Assembly (NCBI GenBank): GCA_963754315.1
Contig: CAVWFS010000015.1
Span: 128,001-192,000, forward strand
DNA length: 64,000 nt
Source of the DNA: an uncultured Candidatus Rokubacteria bacterium
GTDB taxonomy: Bacteria; Methylomirabilota; Methylomirabilia; Rokubacteriales; CSP1-6
Reading direction: 5' to 3'
Position numbers and translations under genes: made by a program. Each line of letters begins with the position of its first letter. Position 1 is the first letter of the stretch. This document shows, piece by piece, positions 51,361 through 61,503 of the stretch. The notes beneath the pieces were generated by a model that saw only the letters and a list, made by a program, of their open reading frames with translations, was not told the DNA's origin and made no database searches.

Positions 51361-53031
51361 ATGCGCGCCCTGGTCCTGTCTGCGCGTCTCACCGATCGCC
51401 GTCGTGACGCCTTCCGCGCCCTGGCGCCGGAGGTGACCGACCTCGCCATCGCCGCCCCGGGGGCCGCGTATCCGGATTTCTCCGAGTTCGATGCGATCGT
51501 GATCGACGGTCCCCAGCCCGCCCAGACGGCCCACACCCTGGGCGCCCTCCACACCGCGGTCGCGCGGGGCGCGTCGCTGATCGCCATCGGCCTGGCGCCT
51601 GCCGAGCCCGATGGATTCTGGGCCAATCTGCTGGGGGTGGTGGCGGGTCCCGAGCCACCCCCGGGTGAGTACTACGCCCGGGTCACGTCCGCTCATTCGC
51701 ATATCACCGATCGAATCACCCACGAGTTCGCCGTCGTCGATCGGTTCATGCCCCTTGTCAGCCTCGCTGGGGGTCGGACCATCCTGGACGTGAGGGTTGC
51801 CCTGCGCGATCTGGCAGCCGTCGTGGAGACACCCCTCGGCGCCGGCCGCGTCGTGGCCTGCGGCCTCGGGAATACCGACGACGCTCTGGGCACACCCGAT
51901 CTGCTTCAGCTGCTGGCTCGTGCCCTTCGGCCCGACCTTCATTGCTGTGGACGCAACATCGGCATCGCCGTCGTCGGCTACGGGCCGCTGGGAGGCATGG
52001 GGTTTCACCACGGCCTGGGGGTCAGCAAGACCTCCGGTCTTCAGCTCGTCGCCGTCGTCGATCCTAGTGTGGACCGGCGCAAGACGGCCGAAGCCGATTT
52101 CCCGGGTGTGCGCACCTACGCGTCCGTCGACGAGGTCCTGAGCGACGACGACGTGGAGGTCGCTCTCGTCGCCACGCCGCCCGCTCAGCATTCCGGGCTG
52201 ACCCTGGCCCTGCTACAGGCCGGCAAGCACGTGGCATGCGAGAAGCCCCTCTGTCTCACCCTGGCCGAGGCGGACCGGATCATCGCGACCGCGGCCGCTC
52301 ATGATCGCGTTCTCACCGTGTACCAGAACCGGCGCTGGGATCCCGATTTCACCGCGATCCGTCGGGCGGTCCGGGCCGGGCTGCTGGGCGACATCTTCAA
52401 CGTGGAAACGTTTGTCGGCGACTATGCCCATCCCTGCCGCACCTGGCACTCCGACACTGCGGTGTCGGGCGGCGCTGTCTACGACTGGGGCTCACACCAC
52501 ATCGACTGGATACTCCAGCTCCTCGGCAGCGCCCCCCGGACGGTGCAGACGTATGGGCACAAGCGCGTCTGGCACGACGTGACGAATCTTGACCAGCTGC
52601 GGGTCCGTCTCTCCTGGGGCGACGGCCGCGAAGCCGAGTTTCTTCAGAGCGACATCGCGGCTGTCCGCAAGCCGAAGTTCTACGTGCAAGGGACAACCGG
52701 CACGCTCGTCGGGCACTATCGGTCGATCGCCCTCGAGCGCCTGGAACCGGGGCGCGGTTACGTGGCTCAGCAGCTGCATCATGCGGAGGCGCCCGCCGAG
52801 CTTACCCTGGCCCGCTACGAGAGCGGCTACGGCCTCAGCGAGACCCGGCTGCCACCGGCGCCAGAGCAGCCGTTCGCGTTTCATCGGAATCTCGCCGACC
52901 ACCTGCATCTTGGAGAACCTCTCGCCGTCACGCCGCAGTCGGTGCGGACAGTGATCGCCGTGCTCGAAAGCGCCCAGCGATCGAGCGACCAGGGCGGTTC
53001 GGCCACGCCGATTCCGCCAGGAGTCACCTGA
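51361..53031 (+). CDS. Gfo/Idh/MocA oxidoreductase with N-terminal ThuA/GATase-like domain
   Basis: About 190-aa extra N-terminal domain, then VVGYG, ATPP..H, GKHVACEKP, YQNRRWDPDF, DWGSHHID. Confidence 0.85.
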   Translation: MRALVLSARLTDRRRDAFRALAPEVTDLAIAAPGAAYPDFSEFDAIVIDGPQPAQTAHTLGALHTAVARGASLIAIGLAPAEPDGFWANLLGVVAGPEPPPGEYYARVTSAHSHITDRITHEFAVVDRFMPLVSLAGGRTILDVRVALRDLAAVVETPLGAGRVVACGLGNTDDALGTPDLLQLLARALRPDLHCCGRNIGIAVVGYGPLGGMGFHHGLGVSKTSGLQLVAVVDPSVDRRKTAEADFPGVRTYASVDEVLSDDDVEVALVATPPAQHSGLTLALLQAGKHVACEKPLCLTLAEADRIIATAAAHDRVLTVYQNRRWDPDFTAIRRAVRAGLLGDIFNVETFVGDYAHPCRTWHSDTAVSGGAVYDWGSHHIDWILQLLGSAPRTVQTYGHKRVWHDVTNLDQLRVRLSWGDGREAEFLQSDIAAVRKPKFYVQGTTGTLVGHYRSIALERLEPGRGYVAQQLHHAEAPAELTLARYESGYGLSETRLPPAPEQPFAFHRNLADHLHLGEPLAVTPQSVRTVIAVLESAQRSSDQGGSATPIPPGVT

Positions 53032-53032
53032 C

Positions 53033-54055
53033 GTGGGACAGGGGCCGGGCTCGCCCCCGTTGAGATGGGGCGTGATCGCCGCGTCCGCCGTGGTTGCCCA
53101 GCAGGCCGTACTGCCCGCCATCGCCGCCAGCGAGAATGCGCGGCTGGTCGCGGTGGCCAGTCAGAGCCGGAGCGCGGGGACACTGGACACCTTTGGTGCG
53201 CTGCGGACCTATGCGTCCTATGCCGAGCTGCTGGCGGACCCCGAGGTGGAGGCGGTCTACGTGCCCCTGCCGAACAGCCTGCATCGCGAGTGGGTCGAGC
53301 GGGCGGCGGCCGAAGGCAAGCACGTGCTGTGCGAAAAGCCTCTGGCCCCCTCGGCCGCCGACGCCCGCGCGATGCGCGCTGCGTGCGCCGCCGCCGGCGT
53401 GTTTCTCCTCGAGGCGTACATGACCACCTTTCATCCACGCGCGGCCGCCGTGGATGCGTTCGTTCGTTCGGGACGACTGGGCGCCCTGCGTTTCGCGCGG
53501 GCCGTCTTCACAGGTGTCCTTAGTGGATCCGACAACCACCGGTGGCAACCCCATCTGGAGGGCGGCGCGCTGCTCGACGTGGGGATCTACTGTGTGGCGC
53601 CGCTGCTGAGCGCTGCCGGCAGACCGCCTCGTCGCATCGCGGCAGCCGCTGTCATGACTGACGCCGGTGTGGACGCGGCTTGCTCCGGATGGCTGGACTT
53701 TGGTGATGGGTTCAGCGCGGCGATCGAGTGTTCCTTCGATGCTCCAGAGCACCAGAGCCTGGAGATCGTGGGGACCCAGGCGGCGGTGACCGTGGACCGG
53801 GCCCACACCCCCGGCCCTGACGATGTCGCGTTCACCCTCCGAAGTCGCGACGGGCGTCTGGAACAGGTCGTCGTCGGAGGCGGAAATCCCTACCTGGCCA
53901 TGGTCGAGCACTTTCAGGCCACCGTTCGCACAGGCATCAGCTCGGGATCGCGGATGGCCGACTCGATCGCACGCCTGGAGGTTCTCGACCGGCTCCGGGC
54001 GGCGGCCGGACTTGGACGGCCAGCCGTCGATGCCGCAGCTCACGGCGTCGGATAG
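53033..54055 (+). CDS. Gfo/Idh/MocA oxidoreductase
   Basis: Motifs LRWGVI, VYVPLPNSLH, GKHVLCEKP, GGALLDVGIY. Confidence 0.9.
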   Translation: MGQGPGSPPLRWGVIAASAVVAQQAVLPAIAASENARLVAVASQSRSAGTLDTFGALRTYASYAELLADPEVEAVYVPLPNSLHREWVERAAAEGKHVLCEKPLAPSAADARAMRAACAAAGVFLLEAYMTTFHPRAAAVDAFVRSGRLGALRFARAVFTGVLSGSDNHRWQPHLEGGALLDVGIYCVAPLLSAAGRPPRRIAAAAVMTDAGVDAACSGWLDFGDGFSAAIECSFDAPEHQSLEIVGTQAAVTVDRAHTPGPDDVAFTLRSRDGRLEQVVVGGGNPYLAMVEHFQATVRTGISSGSRMADSIARLEVLDRLRAAAGLGRPAVDAAAHGVG

Positions 54056-54066
54056 CGTAGACGCCC

Positions 54067-55032
54067 ATGCACATCCCCGATGGGTTCCTCGATGCGAAAA
54101 CTGTCGTGACCACTGCGGTTCTTGCCGTCATTGGCGTGGGGACGGCGGTGCGCCGGGCCCAGACTCACCTGCCGCCACGCCGCGTCCCCCTGTTGGGGCT
54201 GACGGCAGCCTTCGTCTTCGCGGCACAGATGGTGAATTTTCCCGTGGCGGGCGGGACCTCCGGTCATCTGATGGGGGGCGTCCTCGCCGCGGTTCTCGTG
54301 GGGCCGAGTGGAGCCGTCGTCGTCATGGCGACCGTCCTGATCGTCCAGTGCCTTTTCTTCGCCGACGGCGGCGTGCTGGCCCTCGGCGCGAACATCTTCA
54401 ACATGGGAATCGTGGGGGCCGTGGGCGGGTATGCCATTTACCGGGCGGTCTATCGTGTCCTGGGCGACGACCGCGGGCGGCTCGTCGCCGTCGCGTTCGC
54501 CGCCTGGTGCTCGGTGGTTCTGGCTGCCATCATGGTGGCGGGCGAGTTGAGCCTCTCCGGGGTCGTCCCGTGGTCGGTGGTGCTGCCCGCCATGACCGGC
54601 GTGCACATGCTGATCGGCGTGGGCGAGGCGCTGATCACGACTCTGGTCATCCTCGCCATCTTGCGGGCGCGTCCGGAGCTCCTCACCGACGGAGACAGCG
54701 CCTTGCGGGCGCGAAGCCTCCCTGAAGCGCTGGCCTTCGGGCTCCTCATCGCGCTGGGAATCGCCATGTTCGTTTCGCCCCTGGCCTCGGCGTGGCCGGA
54801 TGGTCTCGAGAAGGTCGCCGAGACTCTGGGCTTTGCCGAGCGCACCGCCGACACTCCTCTCGTGCCATCCCCGATGCCGGACTACGCCATTCCTGGTATC
54901 GTTTCTGCTACGTGGGCTACCGCTCTCGCGGGCGGAGTGGGAACGGTGATCGTCTTCCTCCTCGCCCTGGGGTTGGCGCGCGTCCTCGTGGGAAGGCGAC
55001 CGGGAGCAAGGACGACTCCGCCGGCGGCGTAG
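54067..55032 (+). CDS. cbiM: ECF Co/Ni transporter S component CbiM/NikM fused to PDGLE (NikN) domain
   Basis: Motifs MHIPDGFL, GGTSGH, FADGG, PDGLEKVA, PDY. Confidence 0.92.
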   Translation: MHIPDGFLDAKTVVTTAVLAVIGVGTAVRRAQTHLPPRRVPLLGLTAAFVFAAQMVNFPVAGGTSGHLMGGVLAAVLVGPSGAVVVMATVLIVQCLFFADGGVLALGANIFNMGIVGAVGGYAIYRAVYRVLGDDRGRLVAVAFAAWCSVVLAAIMVAGELSLSGVVPWSVVLPAMTGVHMLIGVGEALITTLVILAILRARPELLTDGDSALRARSLPEALAFGLLIALGIAMFVSPLASAWPDGLEKVAETLGFAERTADTPLVPSPMPDYAIPGIVSATWATALAGGVGTVIVFLLALGLARVLVGRRPGARTTPPAA

Positions 55033-55040
55033 GCTCAACC

Positions 55041-55652
55041 ATGCGTCACGACTTTATCGACCGTTACAGCCGACTCGACAGCCCGATCCATCGCTTACCC
55101 GCCGGCCTCAAGCTGGCGGCAGCGCTCGGGGTCGTAACCGTGACCGCGTTGCTCCCCGTGGGTGCCTGGGGGCCCTTCGGCACGATCGCGCTGCTCTTGC
55201 TGCTGATCGCCGGGCTGAGCCGGATCCCACCGAAATTCGTGCTGTGGCGGCTGCTCGCCCTTGAGCCGCTCGCACTGGGCGTGGCGGGGCTGGCCATCTT
55301 TCAGCCGAGGGGTGGGCGCATCTTCGCGACCATGGTCGTCAAGACCACCTTGTGCCTGCTCACGATGATCCTGCTCTCGAATACCACGCCCTTTTCGGCC
55401 CTGCTCGGGGTGATGCAACGCGTCCGGGTACCGCGACTGCTCATCAGCACCTTGGCCCTCATGTACCGTTACCTGTTCGTGCTGACCGACGAAGCCCAGC
55501 GCATGCGGCGAGCGCGCGCGAGCCGGACGTTTCAGTCCGGACGCTGGTGGACCTGGAGGACGTTGGCGACCGTGATCGGTCAGCTCTTCATCCGGTCGAC
55601 CGAGCGAGCCGAGCGTATCTACGCGGCCATGGCCGCGCGAGGGTGGCAATGA
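55041..55652 (+). CDS. cbiQ: ECF transporter T component
   Basis: Motifs SPIHRL...[31 protein letters not shown]. Confidence 0.92.
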   Translation: MRHDFIDRYSRLDSPIHRLPAGLKLAAALGVVTVTALLPVGAWGPFGTIALLLLLIAGLSRIPPKFVLWRLLALEPLALGVAGLAIFQPRGGRIFATMVVKTTLCLLTMILLSNTTPFSALLGVMQRVRVPRLLISTLALMYRYLFVLTDEAQRMRRARASRTFQSGRWWTWRTLATVIGQLFIRSTERAERIYAAMAARGWQ

Positions 55653-56409
55653 CCGCGGCCCTCGAGGTCCGCGACTTGCGCTTCAGCTACGCCGACGGCT
55701 CCGAGGCGCTGAAGGGGGTCGACCTGTCCGTGGGAGAAGGAGAGTGCGTAGGTCTGATCGGCCCCAACGGGGCCGGCAAGTCGACCCTTCTGCTCCACTT
55801 CAACGGGATTCTGCCGGAAGCAGGCGGGCACGGCAGCCGGCGTGATCCGGCCGTGTTCGTCTTCGGCCAGGCCGTAGCGCCCCCACACCTGGCATCGATC
55901 CGCCGCACGGTGGGCCTGCTCTTCCAGGATCCCGACGATCAGCTTTTCTGTCCGACCGTGTTCGAGGATGTTGCCTTCGGCCCCAGGCAGTTCGGCCAGG
56001 ACGAGCTCGAGGTCCAGCGCGTGGTGAACCATGCTCTCGCCAAGGTCGGCCTTGCTGGATTCGACCAGCGCGCGCCGCATCATCTCAGCGGGGGGAGAAG
56101 CGGCGGGTCTGCCTGGCCGGCGTGCTGGCCTGTGCCCCACGGATTCTGGTGCTGGACGAGCCGACCAGCAACCTGGACCCTCGCGGGCGCCGAGAGATCA
56201 AGGCGCTCCTGAAGCAGATCCCTGCCACCACGATCGTGGCCACCCACGATCTCGAGCTGGTCGTCGAGCTGTGCTCGCGCGCGATCGTCCTCGATGGTGG
56301 CAAGATCGTGGCCGAAGGACCGCCGCGCGACCTCCTGGCCGACGAGCCGCTGATGCTCGCGCACGGGCTCGAGCGGCCGCACATCCTTCAGCACCGCCAT
56401 CCGCATTGA
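55649..56409 (+). CDS. cbiO: ECF transporter ATPase (homopolymer frameshift at about 56090-56095)
   Basis: Motifs GPNGAGKST and FQDPDDQLF. Adding one G to the G6 run restores LSGGEKRRV..LDEP. Confidence 0.88.
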
Positions 56410-56431
56410 GCGCGGGCGCGGCACTCTATCC

Positions 56432-56809
56432 TCAGACCGGCAGCTGCATGAGCTGCAACGTATTGCCATCGGGATCGACGAAGGTGGCGACGTAGCCTCC
56501 CCACTCCTCCACCTCCGGTGCTCGCGTGAAGGGCACCCCTGCCTCTGTCAAACGCGTGTAGGTCGTGTGGATATCGTCGACGGCAAAGTTCACCATGATT
56601 CGCAGAGGGTCTCGGCTCGGACCACGCATGCCGCTGTGGACGCCAACGCTCAGCCGCACCTCACCCCACTCGAAGTTGATGAAGTCCTCTCTGGCTGAGC
56701 GCGGACGGAGGCCGAGGGTATCTCGATAGAAACGCACCATGGATTCGAAGCGAGCGGCCTCGGTCCAGACGAGCACACCCGCCATGCGAATGCTTGACGA
56801 CATGGTCAT
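56432..56809 (-). CDS. VOC/glyoxalase family protein
   Basis: Pattern RFYRDTLGL...VNFAVDDI...WGG..ATFVDPDGN. Confidence 0.88.
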   Translation of the reverse strand: MTMSSSIRMAGVLVWTEAARFESMVRFYRDTLGLRPRSAREDFINFEWGEVRLSVGVHSGMRGPSRDPLRIMVNFAVDDIHTTYTRLTEAGVPFTRAPEVEEWGGYVATFVDPDGNTLQLMQLPV

Positions 56810-56935
56810 CTTCCATCCCCCCAATGGCTTACCTCGATTTCGGGCGGCGGTTGAGGCGGAGCCAGCCTCTGATCTAGTATGACGGGCGCGCGTCCCCGTG
56901 ACGACGGGAGCGCTCAGCGGAGGATCGCTCGACCA

Positions 56936-57823
56936 ATGACCGAGCAACCCAGAGGTGGAACGCCAGCGGGGCCGACCGAGGAGCGGGTAGCGGTGGCGCC
57001 GGGCGTGACCTTGCATGTAGAGCGACACCTGGGCGATCCAACGGTTGCCCCGTTCGTGCTCGTCCATGGGCTTGCCTCCAACGTGCGCCTGTGGGACGCG
57101 GTGGCCGAGCGTCTGCACGCCCGCGGCCACACGGTCGTCGCCCTCGATCAGCGCGGCCACGGCCGCTCGGACGCTCCCCAGTGCGAGTACGGAAACGACA
57201 TCGCCGTGGGGGACCTACGGGCCCTCATCGAGGCACTCGGGCTCGATCGGCCAATCCTGGCCGGTCAATCATGGGGTGGAAACGTGGTCCTCGAGCTCGC
57301 CTGGCGCCACCCCGACATCGTCCGGGGAATCGTCTGCGTCGATGGCGGGATCATCGAGCTGGCCAACTCTTACCCGTCCTGGGAGGCGTGCCTGGCAGCG
57401 CTCACGCCTCCGTCCCTCGGCCATCTGACCCTTGCGGAGCTCGAGGCGAGGCTCCGTGCTCAGCACCCTGATTTTTCGGATCGGGCGATCGCCGCCTACC
57501 TGCATTGTTTCCAGGCTTCGAGTGCTGGCCGAGTGGAGCCGCGTCTCGCACGGCCTCGACACCTCGAAATCTTGAGATCGCTCTGGGAACACCGGCCCTC
57601 GACCCGATGGGTCACCTTGGCGACGCCTGCCTTGCTGCTTCTCGCTGACACGGGCGACGCCGAGAGAACGGCGGGCAAACGACGGGCCGAGGGCACCGCG
57701 CTGGCCTCAGCCTCCAAGATCCGCTCCCAGTGGCTCGTGGGCCACCACGACCTGCATTTGCAGTTCCCGGAGCAGATCGCCGATGCCCTCATGGGAGCAG
57801 TCGATGACGGATTCTTCGCATGA
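56936..57823 (+). CDS. Alpha/beta hydrolase
   Basis: Motifs HGLAS, DQRGHGRS, nucleophile GQSWGG, catalytic GHHD. Confidence 0.9.
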   Translation: MTEQPRGGTPAGPTEERVAVAPGVTLHVERHLGDPTVAPFVLVHGLASNVRLWDAVAERLHARGHTVVALDQRGHGRSDAPQCEYGNDIAVGDLRALIEALGLDRPILAGQSWGGNVVLELAWRHPDIVRGIVCVDGGIIELANSYPSWEACLAALTPPSLGHLTLAELEARLRAQHPDFSDRAIAAYLHCFQASSAGRVEPRLARPRHLEILRSLWEHRPSTRWVTLATPALLLLADTGDAERTAGKRRAEGTALASASKIRSQWLVGHHDLHLQFPEQIADALMGAVDDGFFA

Positions 57824-59118
57824 GTACGCGTCTGCCGCGCGTGCTGGCGTTGTTGGGCTCAGGCGAGACCGCCCCGACCATGGTCACCACGCATCGCGAC
57901 GTGGTGGCCCGTCTCGGCCGAGCGTCGGGCGCCGTGCTTCTCGACACGCCCTATGGCTTCCAGGAAAACGCCGCCGAGATCTCTCAGCGGGCCGTCGAGT
58001 ACTTTGCCCAGCGTGTCCAGCTCGGCATCGAGCCGGCCGGCTACCCGGGGCCCCTGGCAGCCGATGCGACACTCAGAACCCCGCGCGCCGAGGCCGCTGC
58101 CCTCGCGCGCCTGCGCACGGCCAGCCTCGTGTTCGCCGGACCCGGCAGCCCCTCGTATGCGCTCTCCGTCTGGCGCAGCTCTCCGGTCCCCGAAGCCTTG
58201 GCCAGCAAGCTCGCGCAGGGGGGGGCGGTCGTCTTTGCCAGCGCCGCCGCGCTGACCCTCGGGCGGTTCACCGTCCCCGTGTACGAGATCTACAAGGTCG
58301 GGCAGACCATCCATTGGCTGGACGGACTGGACCTGCTGGCCCAGGTCGGATTCGAGGGATCGTGCGTGCTGATTCCCCATTATGACAACGCGGAGGGGGG
58401 CACCCACGACACCCGCTTTTGTTACCTGGGTGAACGCCGCTTGGCGTCCATGGAGACGATGCTCCCGACGGACGCCTGGGTGCTCGGCATCGACGAACAC
58501 ACGGCGCTGATCGTCGATCTCGACTCCCGCGAGATCGTGGTCACCGGACGCGGGGTCGTCACCGTGCGTCGGCGGGGTGATACAAGGCGCTTCCCAGCCG
58601 GGGCGCGGCTGACCATTGATGACCTCCTGGCGGCAGCGCGGGGCGACACGAGCCTGGCCTCCGGTGAAGGGCCCGCGGAAGCGGCGACGGACGTGGAGCA
58701 CACCTCGACCGTCGCGCCGCCAGCGGGGCGGTCTCCACTGCTGTCCGAGGTGACGCGACTCGAAAGGGTTTTCGAGGCCGCCCTGACCTCCCGGCGCGCC
58801 GACGACGCAGCGGAGGCCATCCGCGAGCTCGACCGCACCATCATCGAGTGGTCGGCCGATAGCCTGCAAACCGATGACCCGGACCGGGCGCGCGCCGTCC
58901 TCCACTCTCTGATTCATCGTCTGGGCGAGGTCGCGGCAGTCGGGTTGCGCGATCCTCGTGAGGTCTTGCAACCGCTGGTGGAAGGTCTGATCACGCTCCG
59001 CGCGGAGCTGCGCTCGGCGCAAGCGTGGGCAGTCGCGGATCAGCTACGCGCGCGACTGAGCGCGGCGCGCATCGAGTTGCGCGACACTCCTCAGGGCACC
59101 AGCTGGGACTTGCGCTGA
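57820..59118 (+). CDS. Peptidase S51/cyanophycinase-like domain fused to CysRS anticodon-binding-like C-terminus
   Basis: Motifs LLGSGE, FAGPGS, FASAAA, IPHYD, GIDEHT; C-terminal W..AD.LR..L....IELRDTP.GT.W. Confidence 0.75.
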   Translation: MSTRLPRVLALLGSGETAPTMVTTHRDVVARLGRASGAVLLDTPYGFQENAAEISQRAVEYFAQRVQLGIEPAGYPGPLAADATLRTPRAEAAALARLRTASLVFAGPGSPSYALSVWRSSPVPEALASKLAQGGAVVFASAAALTLGRFTVPVYEIYKVGQTIHWLDGLDLLAQVGFEGSCVLIPHYDNAEGGTHDTRFCYLGERRLASMETMLPTDAWVLGIDEHTALIVDLDSREIVVTGRGVVTVRRRGDTRRFPAGARLTIDDLLAAARGDTSLASGEGPAEAATDVEHTSTVAPPAGRSPLLSEVTRLERVFEAALTSRRADDAAEAIRELDRTIIEWSADSLQTDDPDRARAVLHSLIHRLGEVAAVGLRDPREVLQPLVEGLITLRAELRSAQAWAVADQLRARLSAARIELRDTPQGTSWDLR

Positions 59119-59149
59119 GCAGGGATCGTCTGGGTCGTTCAGCCGGACT

Positions 59150-59756
59150 CTAGGCGAGGCGGCGGACCTCGGAGCGGCGGAAGCAGTGGACCAGATGATC
59201 GTTCACCAGCCCCACCGCCTGCATGAAGGCGTAACAGATCGTCGGTCCCACGAACCGGAAGCCGCGCTTGGCGAGGTCCTTGCTCAACGCGCGTGACAGG
59301 TCGGTCTCAGCCGGAACGTCTTTGATCGACCGCCGCGCAGTCTCGATTGGCTTGCCGTCCACGAAACGCCAGAGGTATGTGTCGAAGCTCCCATGGTCGC
59401 GCCGAACGTCGAGAAACGCTCGGGCGTTGCCGATGGTGGCTTCGATCTTGGCCCGGTTGCGAACGATACCCGGGTCGAGCGAGCAACCGTTCCACCCGGG
59501 CCCTCGGAAAACGGGCGACCCGCTCCGCATCAAAGTTGCCGAAGGCGCGACGGTACGCCGTCCGCTTTTTCAAGATCGTCACCCAGCTCAGTCCCGCCTG
59601 CGCGCCTTCGAGGATCAGGAACTCGAACAGGGTGCGATCGTCGTGGACGGGCACGCCCCACTCTTCGTCGTGATAGCGGATGTTGAGGGGATCCTGTGCC
59701 CACCCGCACCGACGCTTTGTGTCTGCACCAGGGAGGAACGCACGCGTGGACATCAT
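59150..59756 (-). CDS. tag: DNA-3-methyladenine glycosylase I (frameshift about 59480)
   Basis: RCGW, YHDEEWGVP and LEGAQAGLSW in one frame; PGIVRNRAKI and GFRFVGPTICYAFMQAVGLVNDH..C in another. Confidence 0.92.
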
Positions 59757-59837
59757 CGTGCATTATGCTCCAGAGACACGCGGACCGGAACGCGGCTCGA
59801 ATGGACAGGACCCTTTCCTCCTGGTAAGGCTTGAGGC

Positions 59838-60241
59838 GTGAAGTACCTGCTGGGGGCGCTGCTCTTGTTGCTCGTCGGGACCGGGACCGCCGGTGCCCAG
59901 GCCCGCCTCGAGCCGATGTCGTCGATCAGGAGCAGGCCCAGGCGCTGGTGCCGCGCATCATCAACTGGGACACCTATTTCCGCATCGACTGGCAGGCGGC
60001 CCCGCGCAACGGTCGGGTGGTCGTCAGTGGGTTCATCATCAGCGTGAACAAGTACGGGGCACGCTGGATGCAGCTGCTGATCGACGGCCGGGACGCGCGC
60101 GGTCAGCTCGTCGATCAGAGTCTCGTCTGGGTTCCCTCGGAATTCCCCCAGGGAGGTCGCGCCTATTTCGAGGCTCTCGTGACCCCCGCCGCGCACTACA
60201 AGGTCAGCGTGTTCGCGTACGAGCCGCCGCCGCGCCCCTGA
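59838..60241 (+). CDS. Secreted hypothetical Ig-like protein (frameshift about 59900-59914)
   Basis: Signal peptide MKYLLGALLLLLVGTGTAGAQA in one frame; beta-rich body FRIDW...VSGF...GGRAYFE in the adjacent frame. Confidence 0.55.
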
Positions 60242-61492
60242 TCATCGCTGATATTCGCCGGCCACCACCCGGCGGCCCGTCTCCCGGAGGAGGGCTCGAT
60301 CCGCTGCGGGATCGGGGCTGGCCGGGAGCGTGATCACGGTGTCTTGAGTGACGGTGGGGATGACCCCTTCCCTCGCGCAGGCAAGCTGGCGGGGGTCCTC
60401 GCCGCGGGCGACGGCACGGATACCGTCGCGGACGATTCGCCGCAGCATCACGACGCCGCGGTCGGTCGAGGCGAGATGCTCGAGGGCATGGACCGCGATG
60501 GGCCGCTGGCTCGACTGCGCGTCGTAGTCTGCCGGGTGACGTTGACGTTCCTCGTAGGGCCGATCGGCCGCCTGCCCGAAGCCGGGCCTCGTGATCGCCG
60601 CCGCGTCCAGTCCCCAGCCAGGATCGACCTGCGCCAGCTCGAAGTTGGTGGTGTGGCTGTCGTCGTTGGGGACGGCCCACCGGATGATGACCGGACGGTA
60701 GAAGACGCTCTCCGCGGCCGCCTCCTCGATCTCCCGCGTGAACTGATGAACGTTGGGAGCCATGAAATCACAGACCCGCACCCACACCCGATCACCCACG
60801 CGGCGCGTGGCGATGTAGATCATGCCGTATGGCCGCTCCTGCCACTCGAGCTCGGCCAGCTCGCCGAACGCCTCCGTGAACTGATATCCGCTGCTGAGCG
60901 CATGCAGGAAGGACGTGTGTACGGGGTCCATGCTGTTGTCTTTGATCTGGAGCCAGTTGCACGGGAGCTCGAACCTGGCGGCTGGCTTCAGCACGAAACC
61001 AGGGACCTCGAAGCTGTCGTAGAGGGGAAACGGCGGGCGCCGATCCGGGGGCCCGAGATAGCCGAAGATCAGCCCAGCATGCTCGAGCGTCGGGTAGGCC
61101 CCCTGACAGATCCGATCTTTGAGGCGACTGCCCGCCGGTTCCCCTGGTGTCTCGAGAAGGCGTCCATCCACGTCGAAGAGCCAGCCGTGGTAGCAGCATC
61201 GAATCCCGCGCGCGGAGATCAGCCCGAACTCCAGGGACGCTCCGCGATGCGGGCAGTGGAGGTGGAGCAACCCGAGCCGACCATCGCCGGCGCGGAAGAG
61301 GACGAGATCCTCGCTCAGGATGCGCACGCGGAGGGGGACGTCGCCGAGATCACGCGCGAAGGCTACCGGCTGCCAGAAGCGCCGCAGGTACTCACCCCCC
61401 GGTGTGCCCGGTCCTACCTGCGTCAGCTCGTCGTCGGCAGGTGGCACATTGCGCAGGTGGTATCCCTGGTACGAGCCTGCTCCAGCTCTCAT
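60242..61492 (-). CDS. Rieske oxygenase alpha subunit (phthalate 4,5-dioxygenase-like)
   Basis: Motifs LTQVGPGTPGG..LRRFWQP, CPHRGASL, CCYHGW, DPVHTSFLH, EHLASTD. Confidence 0.92.
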   Translation of the reverse strand: MRAGAGSYQGYHLRNVPPADDELTQVGPGTPGGEYLRRFWQPVAFARDLGDVPLRVRILSEDLVLFRAGDGRLGLLHLHCPHRGASLEFGLISARGIRCCYHGWLFDVDGRLLETPGEPAGSRLKDRICQGAYPTLEHAGLIFGYLGPPDRRPPFPLYDSFEVPGFVLKPAARFELPCNWLQIKDNSMDPVHTSFLHALSSGYQFTEAFGELAELEWQERPYGMIYIATRRVGDRVWVRVCDFMAPNVHQFTREIEEAAAESVFYRPVIIRWAVPNDDSHTTNFELAQVDPGWGLDAAAITRPGFGQAADRPYEERQRHPADYDAQSSQRPIAVHALEHLASTDRGVVMLRRIVRDGIRAVARGEDPRQLACAREGVIPTVTQDTVITLPASPDPAADRALLRETGRRVVAGEYQR

Positions 61493-61503
61493 CGAGCGCC
61501 CCT

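Noticed and set aside
56085..56100. Programmed frameshift or phase variation at the cbiO G-run
   Set aside because: The run is only G6 and similar indels are scattered across the window, so sequencing error is more parsimonious.
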